From contig CAZQOG010000001.1 in assembly GCA_964594925.1 (NCBI GenBank), positions 3,239-67,238 of the forward strand: 64,000 nucleotides of DNA, in the 5' to 3' direction. This DNA comes from an uncultured Desulfohalobiaceae bacterium (lineage in GTDB: Bacteria; Desulfobacterota; Desulfovibrionia; Desulfovibrionales; CAZUBS01). A program made the translations under genes and the position numbers. The notes below the pieces were generated by a model. That model saw nothing but the letters and a program-made list of their open reading frames with translations. It searched no databases and was not told the DNA's origin. Of the stretch, positions 15,358 to 24,466 are shown piece after piece. How positions within the stretch are numbered: the stretch's first letter is position 1; every line of letters begins with the position of its first letter.

Positions 15358-17076
15358 CTACCGTATATACCCCTGCTCCTCCAGATAGAGCAGGACCTGC
15401 TGGGCGGCTTCAAAGGGGGTGGCCGTGGTGGTGTCGATGACCAGCTCGGCGCCCGCGGGGGGGATATAGGGGTCGTCTATACCCGTGACACCCTTGATGA
15501 TGCCCTTTCGGGCCTTGGCGTAGAGTCCCTTGCGGTCGCGCTGCTCGCAGACCTCCAGCGGGGTGGACATGTAGACCTCCACGTATCCGCCGTAGCGGGA
15601 GATGAGCTCCCGGTTGGCCAGCCTGGACCCCTCATAGGGGGCAATGGGGGCGCACAGGGCGATGCCCCGGTTCTTGGTGATCTCGCTGGCCACGAAGCCG
15701 ATGCGGGTGATGTTCAGCTCCCGGTGCTCGCGGGAGAACCCCAGCTCGCTGGAAAGGTACTTGCGCACGATGTCCCCGTCCAGAAGCGTCACCGGCCGTT
15801 CGCGCATCTCCAGGAACTTCATATACAACACCTTGGCCAGGGTGGACTTGCCCGCACCGGACAGCCCGGAGATGAACACGGTGAACCCCTGGCGGTGCCT
15901 GGGCGGGTGGGCCTTGCGCAGCTCCGCAACCACCTCCGGGAAAGAGAACCACTCCGGGATGTCCAGGCCGTGCTCCAGCCGGCGCTTGAGCTCGGCCGAG
16001 GAGATCTTTTTGACCTGCATGCCCTCGCCGACCTCCTCCTCGGCCAGGTACTGGGCCCGCTCCTCCACGTAGACCATGCGCTGCAGCGGCACCATGGCGA
16101 TGCCCGTCTCCCCGGCCATCTCCCCGACCAGTTTTTGGGCAGCGCCCCTGGGGTAGAAGAGCTTGTCCTGGCCGTTGCCCGCAAAGGGGTCCCCGTGGTC
16201 CGGGGCGACCATGAAGTGGCTGCAACCGAAGTTACGCCGCACAATGGCCTGCCACAGCGCCTCCCGTGGCCCGGCCTTGCGGCAGGCCATGGGCAGCAGC
16301 CCCATGGAGATCATGTTCTTGGGAAACATCTTCACGAACTCCCGGTAGCAGCGGACCATGGTGAAGTGGTCCAGGTCCCCGGGAGCAGGAATGCCCACCG
16401 TTGGATGCAGGAAGATGGATGCGCCTGCGCTGCGGGCCGCCCTGAGCACCATCTCCTTGTGGGCGCAGTGCAGGGGCCGCTCGGTCTGAAAACCGATCAC
16501 CCGGCGCCACCCAGACTGTGAAAACCGTCGGTGGGTATCGGACGGGGTCAGGCGCAGCTCGGGAAAGTCAAAGTGAAGGGGCAGGTGCACACCTTCCAGC
16601 CGCCCGCCCGCATACCACGCCCCGGTCAGGGACAGGAGCGTGCGCACGCCCGGGTGGTGCTCGGGATGGTCCGTGCCGAACACCTGCCGGGCTTCCAGCT
16701 TCTTGTCCGGCCGCCACAGGTCCTCGATGCGCATCACGGCCAGCATGAAGCCTTCCTGGTCCCTGAGGGCCAGGCACCCCCCAACCCGCACCTCCCGGGC
16801 AAGCGCGTCCGGCAGGTCCAGGCAGACGGGCATGGGCCAGACCGTGCCGTCGGCCAGGCGCATCTCCCCCACGACACGCTCGTAGTCCTCCCGGCGCATG
16901 AACCCGTCCAGGGGGTAGAAGGCCCGGTTGAGCAAAAGCTCCAGGTCGCAGAGCTGCCGCTCGTCCAGGTCCAGGGAAGGATAGTCCAGCGACTCCTCCT
17001 TCAGGCACTCGGCCCTCCGGAAATGCACCAGCAGGCTTTCTGCATAGGGGGAGATTGTGGGGGGAGGAGATTGCAT
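15358..17076 (-). CDS. bifunctional sulfate adenylyltransferase / adenylylsulfate (APS) kinase (PAPS synthase type)
   Basis: 572 aa. N-terminal ATP-sulfurylase region (GFQTERPLHCAHKEM, HPTVG). C-terminal APS kinase with P-loop FISGLSGAGKSTLAKVL. Confidence 0.85.
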   Translation of the reverse strand: MQSPPPTISPYAESLLVHFRRAECLKEESLDYPSLDLDERQLCDLELLLNRAFYPLDGFMRREDYERVVGEMRLADGTVWPMPVCLDLPDALAREVRVGGCLALRDQEGFMLAVMRIEDLWRPDKKLEARQVFGTDHPEHHPGVRTLLSLTGAWYAGGRLEGVHLPLHFDFPELRLTPSDTHRRFSQSGWRRVIGFQTERPLHCAHKEMVLRAARSAGASIFLHPTVGIPAPGDLDHFTMVRCYREFVKMFPKNMISMGLLPMACRKAGPREALWQAIVRRNFGCSHFMVAPDHGDPFAGNGQDKLFYPRGAAQKLVGEMAGETGIAMVPLQRMVYVEERAQYLAEEEVGEGMQVKKISSAELKRRLEHGLDIPEWFSFPEVVAELRKAHPPRHRQGFTVFISGLSGAGKSTLAKVLYMKFLEMRERPVTLLDGDIVRKYLSSELGFSREHRELNITRIGFVASEITKNRGIALCAPIAPYEGSRLANRELISRYGGYVEVYMSTPLEVCEQRDRKGLYAKARKGIIKGVTGIDDPYIPPAGAELVIDTTTATPFEAAQQVLLYLEEQGYIR

Positions 17077-17105
17077 GGTGCTTGATGGATTGTTGGTTGA
17101 GTGGT

Positions 17106-18311
17106 TTATGAATTCTTTTTCCAGCGGAAGAGGCCGGCTTTCTTGCGCGGCTCCTCCTGGGGGCGGGGGGCCGTTGCTTCAGGGTCGGGGTGGTCATCGC
17201 ATTCGCAGCTGGTCAGCCTGGTTGTCAGCCGCCTGATCTCTTCGCGATAGGCGCCGCAGCGCTTGAGAAAACCCTCGGCCCGCCGCCGCTCCTGCTCGAT
17301 CTGCTCCTCGAGCCTCAGAACCAGCTGGTTGCGGCCCAGCTCGAGATGCTCGGCGATCTCCCGCTCCTGCCACTCCACCCTCAGGGCCAGCTTGTCCACC
17401 CGGGACTCCAGGCCCGCGATCCTGTCCATGATCCGGGAAGCGTCACGGGAGCTTCCTTCCTCTTCCGGGCTTGCCTGCAGCACGGGCGTGCCCTCGACCA
17501 CGTCGGACCCTTCCTGACGATCCGCAATGACCTGCTCCACGATGGCCGCATCGATGTGCCGGGCCTCATCCGCGAAGCCGTAGACCAAGGCGGCGTCGCA
17601 GAGCAGGTTGATGGTCCGTGGGACCCCTCCGGCATGGGCGTGGATGAGCTCGACCGCCTCAGGGGAGAACAGCCCGGTGTCAGCGGCGCCGGCCTTTTCC
17701 AGACGGTGGGCGATGTACTCGCTTGTCTCGCGCCTGGTCAGCGGACCCAGGTGGAAGCGCACCCCGATGCGCTGCACCAGCTGGCTCATGTCGGGCCGGC
17801 CCAGCTTGCGCCGCAGCTCCGGCTGCCCCACCAGCATGATCTGCAGCAGGCTGCTGGTGTCGGACTGCAGGTTGGAGAGCATGCGCACCTCCTCCAGGGC
17901 CTCCCGGGAGAGGTTCTGGGCCTCGTCGATGATCAGCAGGACCCGTCTCCCCGCGGCAAAGTGTTCGATGAGGAAGTCGTTGAGCCGGTTGAGCAGCCCG
18001 GACATGTCCAGACCCTGCGGATCGATCTCGAACTCCTGCAGGATGAGCTTGAGCAGCTCCTGGTGGGAGACATTGGTGTTGAAGATGACCGCCACCTCGA
18101 TATCCTCTTCCAGCTGGGACATGAGCTGGCGGATCAGGGTGGTCTTGCCCGTGCCCACGTCCCCGGTCAGCAGGATGAACCCGTTGCCCGAGCTGAGGCC
18201 GTACTCCAGGTAGATCTGAGCCAGCCGGTGCTTGGCGCTGGGAAAGAGATAGGCGGGGTTGGGAACGATGTTGAAGGGCTTTTCCCGCAGTCCGTAGAAG
18301 GTGGTGTACAT
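17106..18311 (-). CDS. ExeA-like AAA ATPase (resembles the EPS/PEP-CTERM locus-associated ATPase)
   Basis: 401 aa. MYTTFYGLREKPF start, Walker A LLTGDVGTGKTTL, Walker B VLLIIDEAQNL, coiled-coil C-terminus. Confidence 0.75.
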   Translation of the reverse strand: MYTTFYGLREKPFNIVPNPAYLFPSAKHRLAQIYLEYGLSSGNGFILLTGDVGTGKTTLIRQLMSQLEEDIEVAVIFNTNVSHQELLKLILQEFEIDPQGLDMSGLLNRLNDFLIEHFAAGRRVLLIIDEAQNLSREALEEVRMLSNLQSDTSSLLQIMLVGQPELRRKLGRPDMSQLVQRIGVRFHLGPLTRRETSEYIAHRLEKAGAADTGLFSPEAVELIHAHAGGVPRTINLLCDAALVYGFADEARHIDAAIVEQVIADRQEGSDVVEGTPVLQASPEEEGSSRDASRIMDRIAGLESRVDKLALRVEWQEREIAEHLELGRNQLVLRLEEQIEQERRRAEGFLKRCGAYREEIRRLTTRLTSCECDDHPDPEATAPRPQEEPRKKAGLFRWKKNS

Positions 18312-18334
18312 AAAAATTTTTAGAGAAAAAATTT

Positions 18335-18495
18335 AAGTTCGAAGTTCGAAGTTCGAAGCAAAGGCAGAAAAATTTTTGATCCACGACTCTTCAATCTTCC
18401 TCCATCTATTCCCTTCGCGTCCTTCGCGATAAAATATCCCCTTTCACTCTTTCTTCTTCCTTCAAACTTCAGGCTTCGAACTTCGACCTTTCTTC
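18335..18495. repeat. heptad hairpin element (family A)
   Basis: (GAAGTTC)x3 at 18335-18359 and the inverted CTTCAAACTTCAGGCTTCGAACTTCGACC at 18457-18495. Lies in the intercistronic gap. Confidence 0.7.
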
Positions 18496-18510
18496 TCGTG
18501 CGCAGCACGT

Positions 18511-19308
18511 TCATACAGCCTTGTTCATCACCAGTCCCAAGAGGTTGCCGGGGGAGATCATTTCCAGGGCCTTGGAGATGTCCCGCCGGCTGGTCTTGCC
18601 TGCCTCCACCACCATGAGGACGGCGTCCACGTAGGAGGCAAAGACCAGGGCGTCGGGCATGTCCAGCAGGGGCAGGGAGTCGAAGATCACGTAGCGGTCC
18701 GGGTAGCGCTGCTTGAGCTCGCGCACCAGCTGCTTCATGCGCGGCGAGCCGAGCAGGTCGGTGGAGCCCTTGAGGGACCTCCCGGCGGGCAGGACCACCA
18801 GCTTTTCAATGCCCGGGTTGATGAGCAGCTCACTGAGCGGGACATCGTCGACGAGGTAGTCGGACAACCCCCGGTCCGCGTTCAGCCCCAGGTAGTCCGA
18901 GACATCGGGCTTCCTGAGATCGGTCTCCACCAGCATGGCTGTCTGCTGCATGTCCCTGGCGATGCTCATGGCCAGATTGATGGACATGGTGGTCTTGCCT
19001 TCGCGGGAACGCGCGCTGGTGACCATGAGCGTGTTCCACCCCTTGTCCTTGGTCCGCTGCAGGATCTGGGTGCGCAGCAGGTTGAAGATGTCCGTGGTCT
19101 TGATGTCCTCACCAGCCACCCTGATCCTGCAGGCCTCCAGATGCTCCTGGTCCACCGGAAGCACCCGGGTGGAGGTGTAGCCCGGCGCAGGGAACTCCTC
19201 CTGGACGGCTTGGGCCCCCGCAGCCGCAGACCGCGGCTCCCGTGCTGCCGGACCTTGCCCGGCCTGCGCGGCCTTGGCCTTTTCCAGCGCCTTGGCAATC
19301 TTGCTCAT
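18511..19308 (-). CDS. CpsD/EpsG-like tyrosine-autokinase-family ATPase
   Basis: Track ORF trimmed to the ATG at 19308 (MSKIAKALEKAK), with GGAG 9 nt upstream. Walker A-like SARSREGKTTMSINLA; DYVIFDSLPLL; VLMVVEAGKT. Confidence 0.75.
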   Translation of the reverse strand: MSKIAKALEKAKAAQAGQGPAAREPRSAAAGAQAVQEEFPAPGYTSTRVLPVDQEHLEACRIRVAGEDIKTTDIFNLLRTQILQRTKDKGWNTLMVTSARSREGKTTMSINLAMSIARDMQQTAMLVETDLRKPDVSDYLGLNADRGLSDYLVDDVPLSELLINPGIEKLVVLPAGRSLKGSTDLLGSPRMKQLVRELKQRYPDRYVIFDSLPLLDMPDALVFASYVDAVLMVVEAGKTSRRDISKALEMISPGNLLGLVMNKAV

Positions 19309-19342
19309 GAAAAAAACTCCGTTTTTTTGATGAAGGCTGGAA

Positions 19343-19517
19343 GCAGTTCCACGAATTTGCACTAATGAAGAATTGAATCTCCACGAATAAAGGCCTGTGA
19401 ATATTTCGGCGGAGCCGATGGACCCTGTCCTGCCTGTGGGTCTTCCCGCCGGCAGGACATTTCCGGGTCTTAATTCGTGTCTCTTCGTGCAGATTCGTGA
19501 AAATTCGTGGACCTGCC
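19343..19517. repeat. inverted decamer-array element (family E), copy 2
   Basis: ATTCGTG / CTTCGTG at 19473, 19483, 19493 and 19503 (10-bp phase). CACGAAT at 19349 and 19382. Both copies end ...AAAATTCGTGG(A/T)CCTGCCC. Confidence 0.8.
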
Positions 19518-19536
19518 CTTCCGCCTCTCCTCTTCT

Positions 19537-19567
19537 CCCTTCCAGCTTCCAGCTTCGAACTTCGAAC
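19537..19567 (-). repeat. short heptad element (family A)
   Basis: The sense (minus) strand reads TAG GGGATA GTTCGAAGTTCGAAGCTGGAAGCTGGAAGGG, starting 6 nt after the PCP stop. Confidence 0.75.
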
Positions 19568-19573
19568 TATCCC

Positions 19574-21316
19574 CTACCCAAACCGCTGCACAACCCTGTA
19601 CCAGAGCACATCCAGGGGCTCGTAGAAAAAGTGTACCGCCAGGATGATCCCCACGACCGCGGCCAGGGCGAAAAGCGTCACCAGCAGCCTGCGCCTGAAA
19701 CGCCTGACCCGGTCGGCCCTGGTCTCCAGATAGGGCACGGTCACCAGCACCGGGACCCCCGTGGACATGCCCAGGTCGTCGCTGCTGTGCACGGAGCGGT
19801 CCATAAACTCCGAAAGGGAGCCGCTGCCCACGCCCACGCCCGTGGCCAGAACCACTCCGACAAGGAGCAGGGCCAGCCTGTTCGGCTTGAAGGGCTTCTC
19901 CGGCACCGTGGGGGGATCGATCAGGGTCAGCTTCTCGGCCATGGCGCTCTCTTCCATGCCCTTGGCCTCCCGGGCCGCCATGAGCTTGGACACGGTCTCC
20001 TGGTACTTTTCCTGGGCATTGGCGTAGTCGCGCTGCAGGGCCCGGTACTGCTGCTCCACCTGGGGCGTCATCTCGATCCGCCTCTGGAACTCGGCATATC
20101 TCCGGTTCAGCTCCTTGAGGTCGCGCTGCATGTTGGCGATGTCCAGCTCGGTGGAGGCGATCTGGGTCTCGAGGTTGATGTAGGCCGGGTTGTCCGGCTG
20201 CTCCCTGCTGTCCTCGCTGATGATCCGCGTGGCGGCCAGCTCCTCGACCTCTCCGGTCAGCTCCTGCACCTCCCGCTCCGCCTTGACCACGTCGGGGTGT
20301 TTGTCGGTGTACCGGCTCTTGAGCCGGGCCAGCTCGTTTTGCTCCGCCTCCAGGCGCTGGCGCAGCTCCTTGAGTTCGGTCCGGGTGTTCACCTCCTGCT
20401 CCAGCGACTCGATGTTGCGCTTCAGGGACATGACGTCGGGGTGCTTTTCCGACTGCACGGCCTTCAGGGACAGGTACCTGTTGCGCAGCGTGGCCAGCTC
20501 CTCCTCGGCGGTCATGGGCCGGCCCCGGTCCGTGGAGTAGACGTCCCTGACCGGCTCGATGGTGGCCAGCTGCCCCTCCAGGTATATCTTGCGGTCCATG
20601 AGCGTGCTGATGCGCTCCTGCTTGGCGTTGATCTCCTGCTGCAGCCGCTCCATGGTCTGCAGGTTGAGCTCCATGAGCTCTGGAAGGGCCGTCAGGTGAC
20701 GGTCCTTGAAGGTCGCTATATCCTGCTCGGTGGTTTCTATCTCCTGGCGCAGGGAGTCCAGCTGCTTCTCCAGGAAATCATAGGTCGTCTCCGCTTTTTC
20801 CTTGCGCGCCCTGAGGTTCTCCTCCAGGTAGAGGGAGACCAGGGTGCTGGCCACCTGGGCCACCTGACGCGGGCTGTGCCCCTCGTAGGCCACGTTGAAG
20901 GCCACCGTGGCCGTGCCCGGCCTGCCCGACTGCGGGTTGATGACCTCGGCCTGGACCGGCTGCATGGTGATGTCCTCGCGCATGGCGCTGACGATCTCCT
21001 CGGTGGTCTTGCTGTCCCGATCATCCGCATAGAGATTGAAGCGCTGGATGACGTCCAGCAGATTCCGCCTGCTGAGCACGATCTGGGTGATGGACTGCAG
21101 CCGCTCCTCGATGTACCCGGTCACGGTCGAGCGGATAAAGCTTTCAGGGATCTCCTGGGCCTCGATGAGGATGGTGGCCTCGGACTTGTAGGTGGGGGGC
21201 AGGACCACTGCCAGCACCGCCACTGCGGCGAACACCGCAACCGCCGGCAAAATGAAGGCCCATTTGCGCCTCTTGAGCACCTCGATGTAATATTTGACGT
21301 CGACCTGCTGCTCCAT
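19574..21316 (-). CDS. polysaccharide chain-length determinant (GumC/Wzz-type PCP) with long coiled-coil periplasmic region
   Basis: 580 aa. N-terminal TM and LPPTYKSEATILIE Wzz motif. C-terminal LTLIDPPTVPEKPFKPNR plus TM (GNVR-like). Confidence 0.85.
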   Translation of the reverse strand: MEQQVDVKYYIEVLKRRKWAFILPAVAVFAAVAVLAVVLPPTYKSEATILIEAQEIPESFIRSTVTGYIEERLQSITQIVLSRRNLLDVIQRFNLYADDRDSKTTEEIVSAMREDITMQPVQAEVINPQSGRPGTATVAFNVAYEGHSPRQVAQVASTLVSLYLEENLRARKEKAETTYDFLEKQLDSLRQEIETTEQDIATFKDRHLTALPELMELNLQTMERLQQEINAKQERISTLMDRKIYLEGQLATIEPVRDVYSTDRGRPMTAEEELATLRNRYLSLKAVQSEKHPDVMSLKRNIESLEQEVNTRTELKELRQRLEAEQNELARLKSRYTDKHPDVVKAEREVQELTGEVEELAATRIISEDSREQPDNPAYINLETQIASTELDIANMQRDLKELNRRYAEFQRRIEMTPQVEQQYRALQRDYANAQEKYQETVSKLMAAREAKGMEESAMAEKLTLIDPPTVPEKPFKPNRLALLLVGVVLATGVGVGSGSLSEFMDRSVHSSDDLGMSTGVPVLVTVPYLETRADRVRRFRRRLLVTLFALAAVVGIILAVHFFYEPLDVLWYRVVQRFG

Positions 21317-21443
21317 GCGACGTTACTCCTGCACCGTTGTGTTGTTTCTCTCCGGCTGCCTCGGGCACCGGGGCTTGATTGCGGGCACGGCCGAAATCAT
21401 GCCGCGTGTTCGCTTGTATAAGCACCGTACATAAGTCCTTCAG

Positions 21444-22847
21444 TCAGTTCAGCAAGTCCGGGAAGCGGAAAGCCACCTGCCCGAACACGACGTTCCTGGA
21501 TTCAGAGTCGTCGTCGTCCACGTCTTCCGTAGCCGTGTAGCTGTATCCGAACCTAAGGTCGACCATTTCGGTCAGCCGGTAGGTCAGGCCCGGGGAGATC
21601 TGCAACGTCCGGCGCTCCTCGTCGTCAACGATGCCCTCGGTCTCGGAGCGGTACAGGCTCACATTTCCGAAGACCTGCAAGCGCTCGGTAAGACGCCGGG
21701 TGAGCCGAAGCAGCAGGCGGTCCCTGGTGATGTTCTCCCCGAAGCTGCTGGCGGTGATGGACCGGCTGGCGCCGAGGGAGAGGTCGGTCAGCTCCCACTG
21801 CCAGTTGGCAGTGGCGTCGAAGAGGAAGCCCCAGCTGTCGTCGTCCAGGTCGAGCCCGCCGGTTTCGAAGCTTGAGTCGGTGTAGCTGACACCACCCCGG
21901 ACCACCACGTCCTTGTTGGGGGCGTAGGCATGGGCCAGCCCGGTCATGACCTGGACCGTCAGCTGCTCGCCATCGCCCGACACCGGGTCGTACTCCACCT
22001 GCTGGAGGTCCACGTTCCCCAGGATGCGGCTCTTCTGGTTGTCCAGCAGCCGGGAGTAGCTGACGCCGCCGCCGTAGACGGTGCTGTCGGTGTCCTGGTC
22101 CCCATCGAAGTCAGTGTCCTGGAAACGCAGGTCAAAGGCCAGCAGGGAGCGCTCGTCAAGCCTGTATTCGTAGGAGGGAGACAGAAAGACCACGTCCCTG
22201 CGGTTGCGGTCCTGGATGAGGCCGGATTCCTCGAGCTCGGTCTCAAAGGTGTGGTCCCGCCGCCAGCTGGCCGCAAGGCCCGCGCTGCTCCGACGGGACA
22301 GGGCGTAGTCGGTGTTTAGGGTGTAGTACTGGTTGACCCGGTTGTACCGGGTCAGGTCCAGGTAGTTGTAGATGTCCACCACGCCCCTGACACGGGCCTC
22401 CAGGCGTTCGGTCCGGGCCCTGAACTCCAGGGATGGCGAGACACGCTGCTCCAGGTCCCCGTCGTCATCGAAAAAGACGTTGTCGTTGTAGGACTCCCGC
22501 ACCTCGAGACGGGGCAGGAGCGCGTAGTCGGCTGCGGGGATGGAGAGGACGGGGTCGCCTTGGTAGCCCTGCGCCGCGGGCTCCTCCGCCTGGGCCAGGA
22601 CCTCCGGCCCGGGAGTGACCGTGACCTGCGCCGCGGTCTCGGCAGGAGAAGTTGCCGCATACCGGAAGGCCACAGGAAGACGGATGTGCCACAAGGGCTC
22701 GGCCGCGTCTTGCGCACCGGCCGCGGAATCAACGCCCACGCCTACGCAGGCCAGCAACACCACCACCCAGAGGGTCCGGGCAACGCAGTCCACAGCTCTC
22801 ATGACCACCGCCTCCATTCCGTTCAAGAACCAGTCATCCGGTATCAC
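21444..22847 (-). CDS. putative outer-membrane beta-barrel protein of the EPS export module
   Basis: GTG at 22847 overlaps the upstream stop (GTGA). An alternative ATG at 22802 gives the signal-like MRAVDCVARTLWVVVLLAC. Sequence is rich in alternating Y/D/S/T/R beta-strand-like segments. Function inferred mainly from position. Confidence 0.5.
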   Translation of the reverse strand: MIPDDWFLNGMEAVVMRAVDCVARTLWVVVLLACVGVGVDSAAGAQDAAEPLWHIRLPVAFRYAATSPAETAAQVTVTPGPEVLAQAEEPAAQGYQGDPVLSIPAADYALLPRLEVRESYNDNVFFDDDGDLEQRVSPSLEFRARTERLEARVRGVVDIYNYLDLTRYNRVNQYYTLNTDYALSRRSSAGLAASWRRDHTFETELEESGLIQDRNRRDVVFLSPSYEYRLDERSLLAFDLRFQDTDFDGDQDTDSTVYGGGVSYSRLLDNQKSRILGNVDLQQVEYDPVSGDGEQLTVQVMTGLAHAYAPNKDVVVRGGVSYTDSSFETGGLDLDDDSWGFLFDATANWQWELTDLSLGASRSITASSFGENITRDRLLLRLTRRLTERLQVFGNVSLYRSETEGIVDDEERRTLQISPGLTYRLTEMVDLRFGYSYTATEDVDDDDSESRNVVFGQVAFRFPDLLN

Positions 22848-23407
22848 GGCACCACGATGGTGTCACCGGGGTGCAGGGGAATGTTGCTCGCAACGCTCCT
22901 GCCCTTGGCCAGGTCGTCGTAGTCAAAGGGGATCATCTCCTGGCCCGAGACTGTCGTCCGCACGATCTTGATCTTGCCGGAATCGGCAAAAGGCGTCATG
23001 CCCCCGGCCATGGCCAGAACCTGCATGACCCGCAGGGGGCCCTCCATGACGTACATGCCGGGCTTGTTGACCTTGCCCACCACGTACACCCTCTGGCTGC
23101 CCAGCTTGAGCAGCATGACGCTGACCGGGGCGTCGGGCACGTACTCGCTGATCCTGTCCTTGATCTGGCCCCTCAGCTCCTCCACCGTCCCTCCCTGGGC
23201 GGAGACGTCCCCGATAAGCGGAAAGGATATCTTGCCGTCGGGACGCACCACCACATCCTTGTGCAGGGATTCATCCCCCCAGACCGAGATTTCGAGCACG
23301 TCGCCGGGACCCAAGGTGAAACGGCCTTCCACCTGGGACAGGACCGCGGCAGGCAAGGCCAGAACACACACAATCGTGAACACTGTGCAGGCACAAATAT
23401 TCTTCAT
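22844..23407 (-). CDS. Wza-like polysaccharide export periplasmic/OM protein (Poly_export + SLBB)
   Basis: Trimmed to the ATG at 23407 (MKNICACTVFTIVCVLALPAAVLS signal). LGPGDVLEISVWGDE...VRPDGKISFPLIG...YVVGKVNKPG. Confidence 0.85.
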   Translation of the reverse strand: MKNICACTVFTIVCVLALPAAVLSQVEGRFTLGPGDVLEISVWGDESLHKDVVVRPDGKISFPLIGDVSAQGGTVEELRGQIKDRISEYVPDAPVSVMLLKLGSQRVYVVGKVNKPGMYVMEGPLRVMQVLAMAGGMTPFADSGKIKIVRTTVSGQEMIPFDYDDLAKGRSVASNIPLHPGDTIVVP

Positions 23408-23594
23408 GACATCCTCACGGGTTGTAAAAAGGTACCGAGCAATCCGATTTTTCAGCCCGGCGCCGCCCCTGACCGCAACTTGCCGGGATACGGAGCCGAA
23501 GCCAGTATAAAAGGAAAATCTTGTTTCCACAGTCTTGGTGCGGGAAGACCTGTTAGGAAGTGGCACAAACGGGGGAAAAACTCAATGCGGACGG

Positions 23595-24092
23595 TCACAT
23601 GAGATAGTTCTGCATGGCCTGGTAGCTCTGGAACTCCGCATTGCTGATCTCAGCGCCGATCTGGTACTCCTCGCCGGTGTCGTGCAGCCGGCGAACGTCG
23701 CAGGTCAGGTTGACCGGCCTGTGGGATCCCGGAACCCGCAGGATGATATCAAAGGTCCCGTTGGTGTCCTCGCGCAGAAAATTGACCGGCTCGCCGTAGG
23801 GAAAGACCACCTTCAGGCCGTTGAGGGAAATGTCCTGGATGGTCCCGGCCAGGTAGCACCGGCGGTCCTGGCCTGTCTTGGCTTCCACCAGGGCCGGGCT
23901 TTGAAAGCTGCGCCTGGGGAATCGGCGGCGCTCCGAGTTCCTGGACGCAGGCTGGTGGCCGTCACAGAGGTACTTTTCGATCATGACCTCCAGAAGGGAG
24001 GAGACCGATCGGTGCTCCTGCTTTGCCTTGTCCTTGAGAGCCTGCCTGGTGCCCGAGCTGATTCGAAAGGAAATGATGCTGTCTTTGCGCAT
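23595..24092 (-). CDS. ribbon-helix-helix (CopG-like) + PilZ domain protein
   Basis: 165 aa. N-terminal ISFRISSGTRQALKDKAKQEHRSVSSLLEVMIEKYL is RHH-like. PilZ motifs RRRFPR (RRxxxR) and DISLNG (D/NxSxxG). Confidence 0.7.
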   Translation of the reverse strand: MRKDSIISFRISSGTRQALKDKAKQEHRSVSSLLEVMIEKYLCDGHQPASRNSERRRFPRRSFQSPALVEAKTGQDRRCYLAGTIQDISLNGLKVVFPYGEPVNFLREDTNGTFDIILRVPGSHRPVNLTCDVRRLHDTGEEYQIGAEISNAEFQSYQAMQNYLM

Positions 24093-24466
24093 GTCCGGTC
24101 CTGGATGTTCGAATTGCTGGAAGCGCGAGTGGCACCTCCCAAAGCTTCTATTTGGTGATATAGCTCAAAGCCAGTAAACTTCAATGAGGGGAAGGACCCT
24201 ATTTCTTTCTGAAATGACCCCAAAAACTCCTACTTTTTTCCGCCATTATCGAGTAGGGTTTTTTGCGGGTTTGCAGATGCAAGGCCTCTCCGGCCATTTT
24301 TCTCAGGGCCGGACCACAACATTGTGGACAAACCTGTGGGTCTTTTTTACAACAGGACGCACATCAAGCCTGCTTCCGGGCTGACGCCCCAGAATGTTCC
24401 CCCGCCCTCGTGCAGCGCGGCCTGGTCGGGAGAAATGCAGCACCACAGGATTCCCTGGAGTCTCCC

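Noticed and set aside
15358-17076. Sulfate adenylyltransferase as the dissimilatory sat of a sulfate reducer.
   Set aside because: The C-terminal APS-kinase fusion and the adjacent cysQ point to PAPS production. The context is polysaccharide biosynthesis, not apr/dsr genes.
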